A DNA stretch of 63,849 nt, counting the filler, from Rhabdomonas costata (Eukaryota): NCBI GenBank assembly GCA_019059605.1. It is 45 parts of 45 records of this genome, joined end to end, with 100 filler letters (N's around TTAATTAATTAA, not from the genome) between each part and the next. Parts side by side here need not be neighbours in the genome. Positions count along the whole stretch, not along the records: positions 1 to 1,322 come from JAHMHO010019462.1; positions 1,423 to 2,743 come from JAHMHO010019463.1; positions 2,844 to 4,165 come from JAHMHO010019464.1; positions 4,266 to 5,587 come from JAHMHO010019465.1; positions 5,688 to 7,009 come from JAHMHO010019466.1; positions 7,110 to 8,431 come from JAHMHO010019467.1; positions 8,532 to 9,852 come from JAHMHO010019468.1; positions 9,953 to 11,274 come from JAHMHO010019469.1; 37 more parts are not named here. One strand, 5' to 3'. Position numbers and translations under genes: made by a program. Shown in pieces: positions 1 through 11,504 of this stretch. The notes beneath the pieces were generated by a model. It had not been told where the DNA came from. It made no database searches and worked only from the letters and a program-made list of their open reading frames with translations. Numbering within the stretch: the stretch's first letter is position 1; each line of letters starts with the position of its first letter.

Positions 1-90
1 TTTTTGGGGTCATGACCTCTTCTTCCTCGAAGGTGCCGTAAACATGCCCATTGGGGGCTTCGGCAGAAGAAGAGGTCATGACTCCAAAGA
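1..90. repeat. Inverted repeat/hairpin (about 23-bp arms)
   Basis: tttggggtcatgacctcttcttc (3-25) pairs with gaagaagaggtcatgactccaaa (67-89) with one mismatch. Confidence 0.85.
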
Positions 91-319
91 GAGAGAACAG
101 AACACCAATGAATCTGCAAAGATGAGAACAGGAAGTAAGTTCAAATGGTGGAGTGTGGGGAGGGGAGGGGCGTTAAACGTTTGGAACTAGACAGTCTCTT
201 CTATACAAGAATTCCACTTTTTTATCAAATCCGCAGGGGTCTTTCAGCAGCACCCATATATTCTCTTCTGCGGATGGGTCCCTAACACGCACCGGTGGTC
301 AAGGGTCATCCCGGAAATG

Positions 320-547
320 GACCACTTACTTCGGCTCAAATCTGCACCCTATTCGCTGGGTGTCTTCCGACATGGGCCCCCGCGACCGGAGCCGGACCGG
401 AGCCGGAGGATCTGACACGGGTAACATAACGTGAGCGAGAATGGCCGATTTGGGCGCTTGGTGGAATGATAATACTCCTGAGATGAGTTTGCAGGAAGCT
501 TCCCAGCCTCTGGCTGTATATCTGCTCATTTTGGGCCCTTTTAGGCC
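320..547 (-). repeat. Interspersed repeat, copy 1 (related to 39262-39490)
   Basis: The reverse complement shares colinear blocks aaaagggcc.aaaatg, aactcatctcaggagta, cccagcgaatagggtg and gccgaag.aagtg.tcc with the copy at about 39.3 kb. Confidence 0.75.
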
Positions 548-1322
548 TTTTTCGTCTTCGCCAGGTTTCCAGGGGACAATCGCATCTTTTGCTACGCTCT
601 GCTCAGCAATTGAGTGCAGCCCACACTGCAGCGCACCCCCTTACGAAAGAAACCCACAGGGACCACGAAAGACAATAGCCGTGACGGCAAACAAACAGCA
701 CGCAGACAGCCCGAGAAAGAGCCACCCGAGTGGGGCATACTCATGCCCAAGAGCACACCATGCACTGCCATGTATGCACAAAGAAAATGACCGCACTAAT
801 GAGGGGAATCAGAGCATGGGACACACAGAAAGAGAGAGAGAGAGAGAGCAAAGCACATAAAAAACATTCAAGCATACGCACAACAACAACTGAAGGGGGG
901 GGGGGTTCGGGACTGAGGGGGCTCACAGAGAGTCGTCGTAGACGTAGATGTTTTTCTTGGAGAGCTTTTGGATGGCTTTCTCGATCTGCTCCATTTCCAC
1001 CTCCAGCCCTTCCTTCCTGCGCGGTAATGTGTCAGTATCGCAGGTATTTGGCTGCAGCTGAGAAGCCCTATGCACTGACCGCGACGCAAGGGCACTACCG
1101 AATCGTCAGAAATGTCAAACGAATGCGCTGTTTTCTAGCAATATTTGGTGAAAATTGGTTGAATTTTCCAAGGGAGTGCAACCACATCCGAAGAATGTAT
1201 GCAGCCAAGATAGTTTTTGCATCACTATTATTTTGGAGGGCGCGTAGAAAGAAAATCGAAACAGAAAACGGCAAATTTCCGTAGTTAAAATATAACTGAC
1301 CATTTGGTCAAACACACAAAAA

Positions 1323-1422
1323 NNNNNNNNNNNNNNNNNNNNNNNNNNNNNNNNNNNNNNNNNNNNTTAATTAATTAANNNNNNNNNNNNNNNNNNNNNN
1401 NNNNNNNNNNNNNNNNNNNNNN
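1323..1422. other. Artificial contig linker (first of about 44, period about 1421 bp)
   Basis: 44 N + TTAATTAATTAA + 44 N recurs throughout the window. The contigs between linkers are all about 1320-1322 bp, as in a length-sorted concatenation. Confidence 0.98.
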
Positions 1423-3494
1423 TGGTTGTGAATGATGAGAGAGATCCCTATGAACAAAAAAGGGAAAAGCGGTTTCATAGGGTCAAAGCAAAAAAGGGCC
1501 CGTACATCTTGAAGCCCCTCCCCTCCCCTCAACAGCTGACGGGCGGTCAGTAACTGGCTCTTTTCAACTGCTTGTGTCTTGTGTCTCGCAGTGGGCCAGG
1601 AGGCAATGCGCGCAACCTGAGTTAGACGGGTATACATGGTATTGGTCGTGCACAGGATTAGCGAGGGATTCACGTGCCCCATTGCACAAGCCATCGGTCT
1701 CGCAGGGCCACTTGCTCCCGTTTCTTGGTAAAGGGCAGTGCACGTTGGAGTTCCTTTAGAGAGCGATGTGCCCTGATGAGGTCTTTCTCTGCAGCTCATA
1801 ATACTACGGCACTTTGCAGAGTTAGTTTGCACACGTTCTATGTCAAAAGCTTTACTTGGCATTCTGCAGGGGGTACTTCAGGTGAGGGTCTACGTGTGTG
1901 CGTGCGTGCAAAAACCAGCTGTTTAGGGGAAGGGTGGTGGTGCTCCAAGATACACCTTCGCCAGCAAAGGAGAGCAAGAGAAAGAAAATCAAAACGAAGA
2001 AGCTCATAGATCAGGCAAACCAACACAGAACACAGGGCTCTGCATCATTACTTGCAGAGAAATTCCACGCGAGGAAGGGCACAGTGTGCATATGGGGGTG
2101 GGATACCCTCGGTGGGAGGGCGGCACCCCGGACCCCCACTCGTGTCGGTGAGGAAATGCAGTGGCCCACAATTGAGCCACAGAAACAATGGCCGCAAAAA
2201 AGGGAGCGAGGGCCAGTATCTAATTTTAGGATGGATGGTGGTCGTCACGGCGCTTTCAAATTCTTCGTGTTCATTAACATCTCACTTCTTTCCTGTGTTA
2301 TGGGTGTAGGGTGGCTCTCCCAATGCGTGTGTGTGTGTGTGGGTGGGTGGTGTGCGTGTGTGGGTGAGCGCGCCGGTCTATGGTCAAAGGTGACAAGGTA
2401 GCCTTGTTTTTTCTTTTTTGAAAAACGATCCCCCATTACCGAAGGAACATGGGGAGTCTGAGAAGCATAACCAGTAGAGACCCCTCCGACGGGGAACACC
2501 CACAACAAGCCAACCACCCTCATGGCCGGAGTTTTCGAAACAGATACAGCACAGAGGCGAGCCCCCCTGAATGGTTCGTCCTTTTCGCGTACGAAGAGCA
2601 CCTCTAATCGCGGTGAGCACGGGAAGAATCTGGAAAGTGCCCCGTTTGGGCACAAAAAAGACCCTAACTCGCCCCCCTCTCAGCGCAGGAAAACCCTCAG
2701 CAAGAACAACCATACAAAGCAAGACAAAAAAAAAAGAAACACANNNNNNNNNNNNNNNNNNNNNNNNNNNNNNNNNNNNNNNNNNNNTTAATTAATTAAN
2801 NNNNNNNNNNNNNNNNNNNNNNNNNNNNNNNNNNNNNNNNNNNAGAAAAAGCAAACCAAACAAACCGAACCTCTTTATGGTTTATGCGCAGCACTTCACA
2901 GGCAATGGCTATTGATACTTTTTGTATGAAGTCTTGCTCTTTACGCTTCTTTGACTAAGAATGGGCACTTAAGAAAGGTGGTCATCGCGAAAATCATCAT
3001 CACCAGGACAGCACATGGAGGAGGACGGTGTTCGTATTTAAATCAGTCTTTCCACTTATCCAGCAGCATTATCAGCTCACAGCCAGCAGACAAAAACCCC
3101 CATTCAAAATGCGAACACCACCAAAATAGGTATGTTTCGGCCATACAACGGGGAGTGGCGGTAATTTACAATGCAAGATGGAGATAAACAATTCAATAAC
3201 ACAGGAGCCTTGTCCCGTGACGTCACACCCGGCACCTCTGACAGCTGAAGCTTTCCCCGCAGCAGTCAGTCAATGAGGCAACCATGCCACCGGATCTTCA
3301 TTAGCTTCAGGGGCAGAAGGAACGGCTTCGTCCGTTGTGGCACCATGACAAGCCCATGACAGCATTCCACATGGATGTTACCGGTCTCATTTGCAAGAAG
3401 ACTCCAAGCGAGACGGCCACGGACCCGTAAAAGCACCTCTGCCCTCCGGTCCTGCGGTCGGTGAAGGATACTCTGGCACAAGATTGATTCTCAC

Positions 3495-3940
3495 AGGCTC
3501 AGCTGTTGCAAGGTCTCTAGCAGCTTCTGCTCGATCGCTTGCCGCACCCTTCCCCGCAGCAGCACCAGCAGCGCATTGTACAGGCACCGCGCGCGGCACC
3601 CCGTGACGCGCACCTGCAGTGCCCCGACTTGCACCTCACCCTCCACCACCCGAGCGTGGAGGGCATCCTGAGAGAACTGCACCAGGAGCTTCAGCGCGAT
3701 TCGAGTTCGGCGAAGCTGCAGCTCTGCAGTGCCGCTGTCCCGCCACTGCAGCAGCCCACGGGGCTTGGTGTAGTGCCACCGCACAGGGGGCGCGTCCAGC
3801 TCCAGGGCCGAGACAACCAGCGAGAGGGACTTCCCGTCCTCACTCAGCTGAAGGTCAAGGTTACGGCAGGTGAGTTGCAGGGGGCCCAGGGAGACCTCAG
3901 AGAGCCCAAAGCTCACCGCGCCCAGCACAGGCACCACAAC
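3495..3940 (-). CDS. Exon of BPI/LBP (TULIP superfamily) lipid-binding-like protein
   Basis: Acceptor ctctttcag at 3941 and donor GTGAGA (or stop) at 3494. Translation VLGAVSFGLSEVSLG..WHYTK..WRDSGTAELQL..LYNALLVLLRGRVRQAIEQKL resembles the BPI N-terminal fold pattern. GC3-rich. Confidence 0.6.
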
Positions 3941-4609
3941 CTGAAAGAGAAGAGGCAAGCACTCCCCAAAACGACTCGAGATGTTCTGTTTAGGAACATG
4001 AGACTGCACTGCGAAAGCAGATGAGGTCAGACCGAAGAGAGAAAGACCTTGAGGAACCTAGGAGGACAAAGAGAAGCAATACCTTCAGAATAGTCATGGT
4101 GAAGTGTCTGGAGTTTCTTCTCAAACGCACATCCACGCCCAAGAGAGTAAGAGCTACCCACAACANNNNNNNNNNNNNNNNNNNNNNNNNNNNNNNNNNN
4201 NNNNNNNNNTTAATTAATTAANNNNNNNNNNNNNNNNNNNNNNNNNNNNNNNNNNNNNNNNNNNNCCCAAACTTGTCGAAGTCGCCAACCTTGGTTAGGG
4301 TCCTTTCGGTTAGTTTTCAGATCGATGAGAAGAAGAGGAAAACGAAACTTAGGTGCGGAGGTGCTTGTGTGTGTTGTCCCTGCGAGTTGTCATAGAGCTT
4401 GGTTTATGTTTTCTTTTTTGATTCGATTACCAGGGACCGCATTACGTCGGTATTGCGCAGCCACTCATCGAAGAAGTTTGTAATGACTCAGGCGGATCTG
4501 AATGTGCCAACCTTAGAGTGTGGAATTGGAAGCGCCTTTTGTCGCTCTCGAGATGGTCCTTCAGGTGATTTGTGATTAATAGTTAATCTGTGGGAACCTC
4601 CCTTGGCAG

Positions 4610-5513
4610 GTGCTGGGCAATGTGGTGGGATACCCCTTGGACGATCGCCAGCAGCTGCTGAACCAGCTTCTCGAGCAGCAGGCCGCGGGTTACAGCTACA
4701 GCAACCTCTTCCTGACCGGGAGCTTCAACCCTCGCACCGCGGGGCTCGCCCTGGGTGCCCGTGCGCGAGGCGCGCAGAGCAGGTGCTCGCGGGGGGGATG
4801 GGGAGGTTCGTGCACGAATAAAGAGAGAAAAGAGAAGAGGAGCATGTGCTACAAGACCAACGTGGGGAAGCAAAAGTCGGAAGTGAACGCTGTCCCCACC
4901 TGCTCTCTACTGTACTCGAATGGTCAGTATGAGGGACTACTTCTCTTTATCGCTGCTTTTCTTTTCACCACTGTGCAATATTAACGGTGTCTGGCAGTTG
5001 TTTGCAAAAGTTGCCCAACTTTTCTCAACGGCATGCCCACCGCCCTGCACAGTCAAACAGAGCGCCACGAGAGGGCCATGGTGCTCCTTGCCACGGACGT
5101 CGTCAACGTAATCAACAAGTACCTGAAGCTGGGCTCGGCAAGTATTCAGGTTTGCTGTACACCCGCGCTATGTCTTGGTCACTCATCTGTGTTTCCTGTG
5201 ATACAATTCTCCCGCACTAATTCAAAAAATGGCTGCGATAGGTACTCCTTCCTCAGTCTTGTGCTTGCGAGGCGATTTATGCACTCCCTTTCCCAATGCG
5301 CCGGTTTTGGTTCCACGCAACACCCATCAGTCGGGGGGTGCGGATGTGGGCGTTGAACTGCACCCTGTCTCACAGGCGCAGTTCCGGGAGCACGTACAGG
5401 CCATCAAGCGGGCTGTGCGCAGCGGGCAGGAAACGACCGAGGACCAGTTGAGGGGCCTGCAACTCGAGGCCACGCCAGAGCCTTCGGCGACGGAGCAGAG
5501 GATGCTGCAAAAG
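4610..5513 (+). CDS. Three exons of an uncharacterised protein (about 4610-4782, 5053-5149, 5376-5513)
   Basis: GC3-rich blocks, each preceded by yAG and followed by GT, with compatible phases. No family recognised. Confidence 0.55.
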
Positions 5514-5687
5514 GTGTCCTCTATAAATATCTTCCTTTTTTTCACACACAGACCCAATATAAATACGCATATCCTGTGTTTGTTCATNNNNNNNNNNNNN
5601 NNNNNNNNNNNNNNNNNNNNNNNNNNNNNNNTTAATTAATTAANNNNNNNNNNNNNNNNNNNNNNNNNNNNNNNNNNNNNNNNNNNN

Positions 5688-7009
5688 TGGTGGGGGAGTG
5701 CCCGTGCAGGGGAGCTTGGGGGGTGGTCCCGTGCAGCAATTGGGACTGAGGCAGCTCTCTGCGGGGAATGTGCTGCTGGGGGTGCACCTCCTGGCGAAGG
5801 CGCAGGCAGTGCGGCAACTCGGAGCTGCTCCCCTGCAGGTAACAATGTTAGAGTGCCACGGTTGGTTGGTTGGGGAGGGGGGTGCCGATCAAAGTGTCTC
5901 TGCCTTTGAGCTCTATTGTCCCGTCCCATCGACTCAAACCAATCGGTGACCCATTCGGAGAATACTTCAGTTCAAGGAATGACATGACGAGCCCGTCGAT
6001 TTTGTCCGGTTTCGCCGAAATTGGGGAAACGATTACTATCACCCACGCTGTTCTTGGAGTAACCCTGAGCTGAGCTGGCGTGCGCGCTCCGCTTCCAAAA
6101 TGAGGAAAAAGGCGTTGGTGCCGCCAATTTAATTCTCTCCTACGCGGGTGCGTGCGCGCGTTTTCTTTTTGCTGCATTGAGTCGCCGCCCTAATGGGGTT
6201 GCTTTCCGGTTTGCTTGTTCTCTTTGCAGGGTGCTCGGCTCATCCGCGATGCCCTGGAAGTCGCCCGGGGCACCCTCCCCGACCTCTCCTTGCGTGTTGG
6301 CGAGGCAGAGCAGGGCTCTCCTTCGTGGCTGGCGGCCATCCGCCTGGCTACCCAAGGTCTCCCTTAGGCGCTCTTCTCCCTCCCCGCACTGCTCTTCCGC
6401 AGGCACCCGTGCGTCTCTTGTACACCTCTGGGGGAGTGACTAGTTGTGGATAGAAATGGCCCTGTGCTTCGTGCGCCACTGTGGACATGCTCTGAGGGAA
6501 AGGGGGTTGGCCTTGCTGTTTTTCTGCACTCCGGAACCAAACTTCGAGAGAATAATCGTGCCGGTCACGTCTATCACGTATACCCCGCAGCACTTCTCTC
6601 TTGCCTCCACGAACGTGTGACATCCCACCCGCACTTCTCATCCTCCCACGATGCCCTTTTTCTTATTCTGCATGCATCTCCCATCCCTCCACTTCCCATT
6701 TTTTTCGCAACAACTCCCAACATCAAGTCGCCGGGTGAACAAAAGCCTCCTTGTCCTTTACTTCCCCCTTTCCCAATTTCTACTGTTCCTGTGTGCCTTT
6801 GTGTCCATGTGGTCGCGGGGGTGTCATTTCTACTCATTCTGAATGCCCCCCGCACACCTGCAGGAAAGGTGGCGACCGCTGCGCAGCTCTTCCACCGGGA
6901 GCTCCTCTCCGGGAACCCCGCTCAGCTCTCCGCCCTTGTCACCCTCCCCGACATGCAGTGGTGGGTCCAGCACTACACCTCTTCCGGGCGAATGGCCACC
7001 CACCCCCAC
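5688..7009 (+). CDS. Several exons of an uncharacterised protein (about 5688-5838, 6230-6356, 6863-7009)
   Basis: GC3-rich segments bounded by CAG|GTAACA, ctctttgcag and cacctgcag. Exact boundaries uncertain. Confidence 0.45.
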
Positions 7010-7869
7010 NNNNNNNNNNNNNNNNNNNNNNNNNNNNNNNNNNNNNNNNNNNNTTAATTAATTAANNNNNNNNNNNNNNNNNNNNNNNNNNNNNNNNNNN
7101 NNNNNNNNNGTGGTGTGTGACTGTGTACGTGCACGATGTGGGGGAAACGGGGTGCGTTTGTCCGTCCATGAAGCCCGGTTCCCCGTTTTGGAAAGTTTCA
7201 GACTCATCTTCTACTCCCTTCGTGGGTCACTTTTCCCCGCTACCATACTCCAGAGATAGCCATCCACAGGCCTGGAAGGACAGGTAAATGCATGACTATC
7301 AGGAGTGAACATTATCTCGCGGGCAGCAGTTATCTGTTATCTGCCATCCCTTTCTGCGATAGTTTTGCAAGGGAGAAAGGAAAATGCACAGGCTGGAATC
7401 ATTTTTTCGCGTGTTTTCTTCATTGACCCATTCCACGTCCCAGACAAAGGCAAGAAAAGATGTGAGAGTCCTCACATCGATGACGATAATGGTGATGACA
7501 ACAAACAAGGCAAAAAAAAGAAGGCAGCATTCGATCATCTGCAGGATAGGCATCTCCCAGCATTTCCTCACACCCCACCCACCCCACCCCCATCACAAGA
7601 AACAAAAAAGCATCATCGAGCCGGGCGGTGAACACCACAATGCGCTGACACTGGCCCAATTAAGGTTGGAAGGTGGAAGTGGTAGTGATTGCAACCAATG
7701 GATTAATTCAGTTAAAAAAGGTCAGGTAAAACGTGCTGGCGCCCCTCGAAATGACTCAGGAGGTTGGATAAACTGTTCCACTACACCCAGCTTACCACCT
7801 CAACACCACCGCTGGATAAGCACTACCCACTAGCTGGGATATGGGCAGAGTAGGAAAGCAGGAAGGCCA

Positions 7870-8141
7870 GCAGGGCGGTTGTCACTACCGGAATATGACC
7901 ATGTTTCTCTCAGAGAAGTCTCATACTTGGCCAGCGTGGTGAGGGCCAGCCCAAAGTCTCGGCCCAAGAAGGCCCTCACCGCGCACGTGTACAGGTCCGC
8001 AGCGGCCGCTTCGGTGGGGTCCACTTCGGCGGTGAAGCCCAGCACCTCGTACACCTCCACGCCCTGGGTCTTTCCCTTCACCGCGACTCGGCCCAGCAGC
8101 CGGCACACGAACCGCGAGGAGACATCGTCGCTCGAGTACAA
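7870..8141 (-). CDS. Exon of class III adenylate/guanylate cyclase (C-terminal part of catalytic domain)
   Basis: FVCRLLGRVAVKGKTQGVEVYEVLG is the conserved VKGK cyclase motif, followed by a helical extension (LYTCAVRAFLGRDF). Acceptor ttttactcag at 8142. 3' boundary uncertain. Confidence 0.8.
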
Positions 8142-8534
8142 CTGAGTAAAAGGAGTTAATGAGTTTCGCTTTTCGTGGTCTGGCATAGCCTGGAGGATTT
8201 TCATCCGAGACAGCTAATCCTCCATCATCCATCAGGTCATACAATTTATCCGATCTTCACCTGCGGCCATATCCACACCTGCAGACCGAGCTTGAGAAGG
8301 AAAACTCCCTGCGACGGCTGAAGGGTGACACTGCCGCCAGTGCCGCCAGTCAGGGCTTCGACAAAAACCCAGAAGTGAAACGATAAGAGACAGAGGAAAA
8401 GTTTCTTGGGCCAAGAATACCAACACCCCCCNNNNNNNNNNNNNNNNNNNNNNNNNNNNNNNNNNNNNNNNNNNNTTAATTAATTAANNNNNNNNNNNNN
8501 NNNNNNNNNNNNNNNNNNNNNNNNNNNNNNNGGG

Positions 8535-8722
8535 TGTGGTTTGCTAAATATATAAATGTGGTTTGCTTCGCAAACTTTGTTTCGCACAAGCAATTCAGCT
8601 ACTCTGCCACGGCGCTGTGCTGTACCCTGGCCAGGGTCACCGGTAAAGTGAAGAGATTTGACTTTGCGTGTGCGAAACAAAGTTTGCGAAGCAAACCACA
8701 TTTATATATTTAGCAAACCACA
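8535..8722. mobile_element. MITE-like foldback element with 54-bp perfect inverted arms
   Basis: 8535-8588 is the exact reverse complement of 8669-8722, with an 80-bp spacer. It lies in the intron downstream of desaturase exon 3. Confidence 0.7.
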
Positions 8723-8857
8723 TCCTGCTGCTGAGAAGAAGTGGAAGGCGACGTCACAAAAGGAACCATGGATTATTCAGGCGCATGAAAAGATGATCCC
8801 CTGCGAGTGTGAAAGATCTTAGGGGATACGGATGGTCAAAGATGCAAGTTCACACAC

Positions 8858-9788
8858 CGGTAAATCCGAAAAGCAAGTACAGGGGCCAGCCAATAGCCAG
8901 GTGGTTGAAGAGATTCATTGCTCCAAATAGACTGTCCCCGAGGGTGTGGTGGAGCGCGAGCATGGAGTCTCCCCATGACCCAGGTTCAACCTGGGATGAA
9001 AATATGCCACGTTGCGGTGGAAGCGAATCACGTGAATACAGACTTTAGGATCTCCCCATGTCACGACCTGTCTCAATCTGTCTCCTTTTTACAAGGCGAC
9101 AGTAAATTCATCACCGCTCCAACATACCTTGTTCGGGACATGGGTCTCGCCCTCAGTCATGCTATTGGTGAACTGGTGGTGCACAGCGTGGCTGCGTTGC
9201 CAACTGAAGTACGGAACCAACAGCATGGAGTGAAACACGTAGCCCACGGCATCCTGAATAACTGGGTTGTCACAGAAGGCGCCATGACCACATTCGTGAG
9301 CAATCACCCAGCAACCTGAAAGCAAAGGGGAAAGGGCGTTCTCGTCACAGCACAAAGGAAACGCTGCTACTCGAAAAGAAGCCGTTATCTGGAGAAATGC
9401 AAGTGATTAATCTCGTTGCAAACTACAAGCAAGCAATGGAAAAGAATTAGAAGAGTAACCCAATCAAGAAAATGACGCACAGGTGCACACCCGTGAGAAG
9501 AGTACCCTCAACGAAAGCGTACAGGACGTACAGCGCGATCACCAGCGGGCTCAGCGAGGGTGCAGGAAAGAACCTCCACGCCACATAGAGCATGCCTCCC
9601 GCCAAGACAGCCGAGATGATCGCGTGCATCATGGATCGCGGCAAGGAACGAACAAAGCAATGCGCTGGAATTGCCTGCTTGGCTTCCGCCACCGTGGGGC
9701 ACTCCCCGAACTCGAAAGGCTTTCGGTACGGCTCGAGAGCTTTGGCATTTGCTTGGACACGAGGCGAAAATTTGTTCTGAATCGCCAT
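8858..9788 (-). CDS. FAD2: Delta-12 (omega-6) fatty acid desaturase, exons 1-3 (9788-9491, 9315-9128, 8990-8858)
   Basis: AIPAHCF, G|CWVIAHECGHGAF (His box 1), LLVPYFSWQRSHAVHH (His box 2) and GWPLYL. GT-AG introns splice in frame. Confidence 0.93.
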
Positions 9789-9801
9789 TGCGACAAAGGA
9801 C

Positions 9802-9820
9802 CTGTGAAAGACAGAAGAAT
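9802..9820 (-). promoter_or_regulatory. Splice acceptor 13 nt upstream of the desaturase ATG (candidate spliced-leader trans-splicing site)
   Basis: Minus strand reads attcttctgtctttcacag|GTCCTTTGTCGCAATG. Confidence 0.55.
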
Positions 9821-9958
9821 TGTTTCTTGATAAATTTTCGCCTCGTGTCCAANNNNNNNNNNNNNNNNNNNNNNNNNNNNNNNNNNNNNNNNNNNNTTAA
9901 TTAATTAANNNNNNNNNNNNNNNNNNNNNNNNNNNNNNNNNNNNNNNNNNNNGTTTTG

Positions 9959-11111
9959 TTTTTGCAGTAATTCCATGATCTCCCTTATGAGTGTGCCATT
10001 TTTTGTGAATCCTTGGAATGGACGAAGATCGGTTCCCTAAAGCCGATTTCTCTTCATCTGACGTGTACAACAAAGGTACCTGCTCTTCTCCTTGGGTCCT
10101 TTTCCGCTTTTCATGTCGCATTTATTTTTTGGTCGCCATCCATAGGCGTGTTGAGCCTTTTAGAATGGGCTGAGACAACAACTTCTCCTATTCCAGGCCT
10201 GCTGAACTTAGGATCTCTACAACTGCAAACGCAGTACATCGATGTTCAGGAACTTCGTTATTCTTTTCTCTTTTCGCACTACCCTCATTTCTCAGGAGTG
10301 GTTTGGAATGTCTGTGTGCGGTGCGGTCAGCGGACATCTGTGGAGGTGGGACAACGGATTGTGCCTGTTGGGGAGCCCTGGGAGTGCTCGGAAAACACTT
10401 GGAACCCGGCCATGGCGCACTGCTGCAGCAGGGAGGAGTTTGTGGCGAAGTACGGCGCCTTCTTGTCCCGCCGGGGCGCAAACCTGACCCCGCAGATGGT
10501 CTTCCAAAAATACCTTGACCCGTGGGTGTTGTACAACCGGGTGACCCAGTTGGGTGGTGTGCTGATGTCTTTTCGTTGTGCTTTGAAACGGTGGACGTTC
10601 CTTACCTGGCGTTTTAGGCACTGAAGATTTGCTGACGGTGGGAAGCTTAGTGCGCCATGGCCGGGTTCCAAGTGTTTTCCGAGCACTCCCAGGGCTCCCC
10701 AACAGGCACAATCCGTTGCCCCAACTCCACAGATGTCCGCTGACCGCACCGCACACAGACATTCCAAACCACTCCTGAGAAATGAGGGTAATGCGAAAAG
10801 AGAAAAGAATAACGAAGTTCCTGAACATCGATGTACTGCGGTTGCAGTTGTAGAGGTCCTAAGTTCAGCAGGCCTGGAATAGGAGAAGTTGTTGTCTCAG
10901 CCCATTCTAAAAGGCTCAACACGCCTATGGATCGCGAGCAAAAAATAAATGCGACATGAAAAGCGGAAAAGGACCCAAGGAGAAGAGCAGGTACCTTTGT
11001 TGTACACGTCAGATGAAGAGAAATCGGCTTTAGGGAACCGATCTTCGTTCATTCCAAGGATTCACAAAAAATGGCACACTCATAAGGGAGATCATGGAAT
11101 TACTGCAAAAA
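9959..11111. repeat. Long inverted repeat (arms 9959-10421 and 10649-11111, about 460 bp)
   Basis: The arms are reverse complements with about eight substitutions by eye. The ORF track shows near-identical peptides on opposite strands. Confidence 0.95.
10429..10556 (+). CDS. Exon encoding N-terminal half of an ARID/BRIGHT DNA-binding domain
   Basis: REEFVAKYGAFLSRRGANLTPQMVFQKYLDPWVLYNRVTQLGG matches the ARID pattern F..L..F...RG...P....LDL..LY..V...GG. CAGCAG acceptor and GTGTGC donor. Confidence 0.75.
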
Positions 11112-11377
11112 TGTGGAACCAAACTAAGTCCATGGAGCCGAATACCGATTAGTCTAAAGCTCAAAAAGAATCTTGTCCCGAAAAATCCGGCTCTCAAGGG
11201 GGTTAAGGGGGCGGAAGACCTGCCTACACCAAAATCAGGACTCTCACAGGAGAGTGGGTGTGGGGAAGAGCTGANNNNNNNNNNNNNNNNNNNNNNNNNN
11301 NNNNNNNNNNNNNNNNNNTTAATTAATTAANNNNNNNNNNNNNNNNNNNNNNNNNNNNNNNNNNNNNNNNNNNNGGG

Positions 11378-11504
11378 GGTAAAAGCATTCCCGCCGCCGA
11401 TTATCTCCAAAACCAGCTTTGTTTAAGATGGCCTGTTGTGGGTGCCGTAGGGCTCATAATCAAAGATGGTTTTGGAGATAATCGGCGGCGGGAATGCTTT
11501 TACC
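11378..11504. repeat. Inverted repeat/hairpin (about 44-bp arms)
   Basis: ggtaaaagcattcccgccgccgattatctccaaaacca pairs with tggttttggagataatcggcggcgggaatgcttttacc. Confidence 0.9.

Noticed and set aside
326-2795. Numerous 60-180 aa ORFs in the track here and elsewhere
   Set aside because: No codon bias or motifs. Many are antisense shadows of GC-rich exons or run into N linkers.
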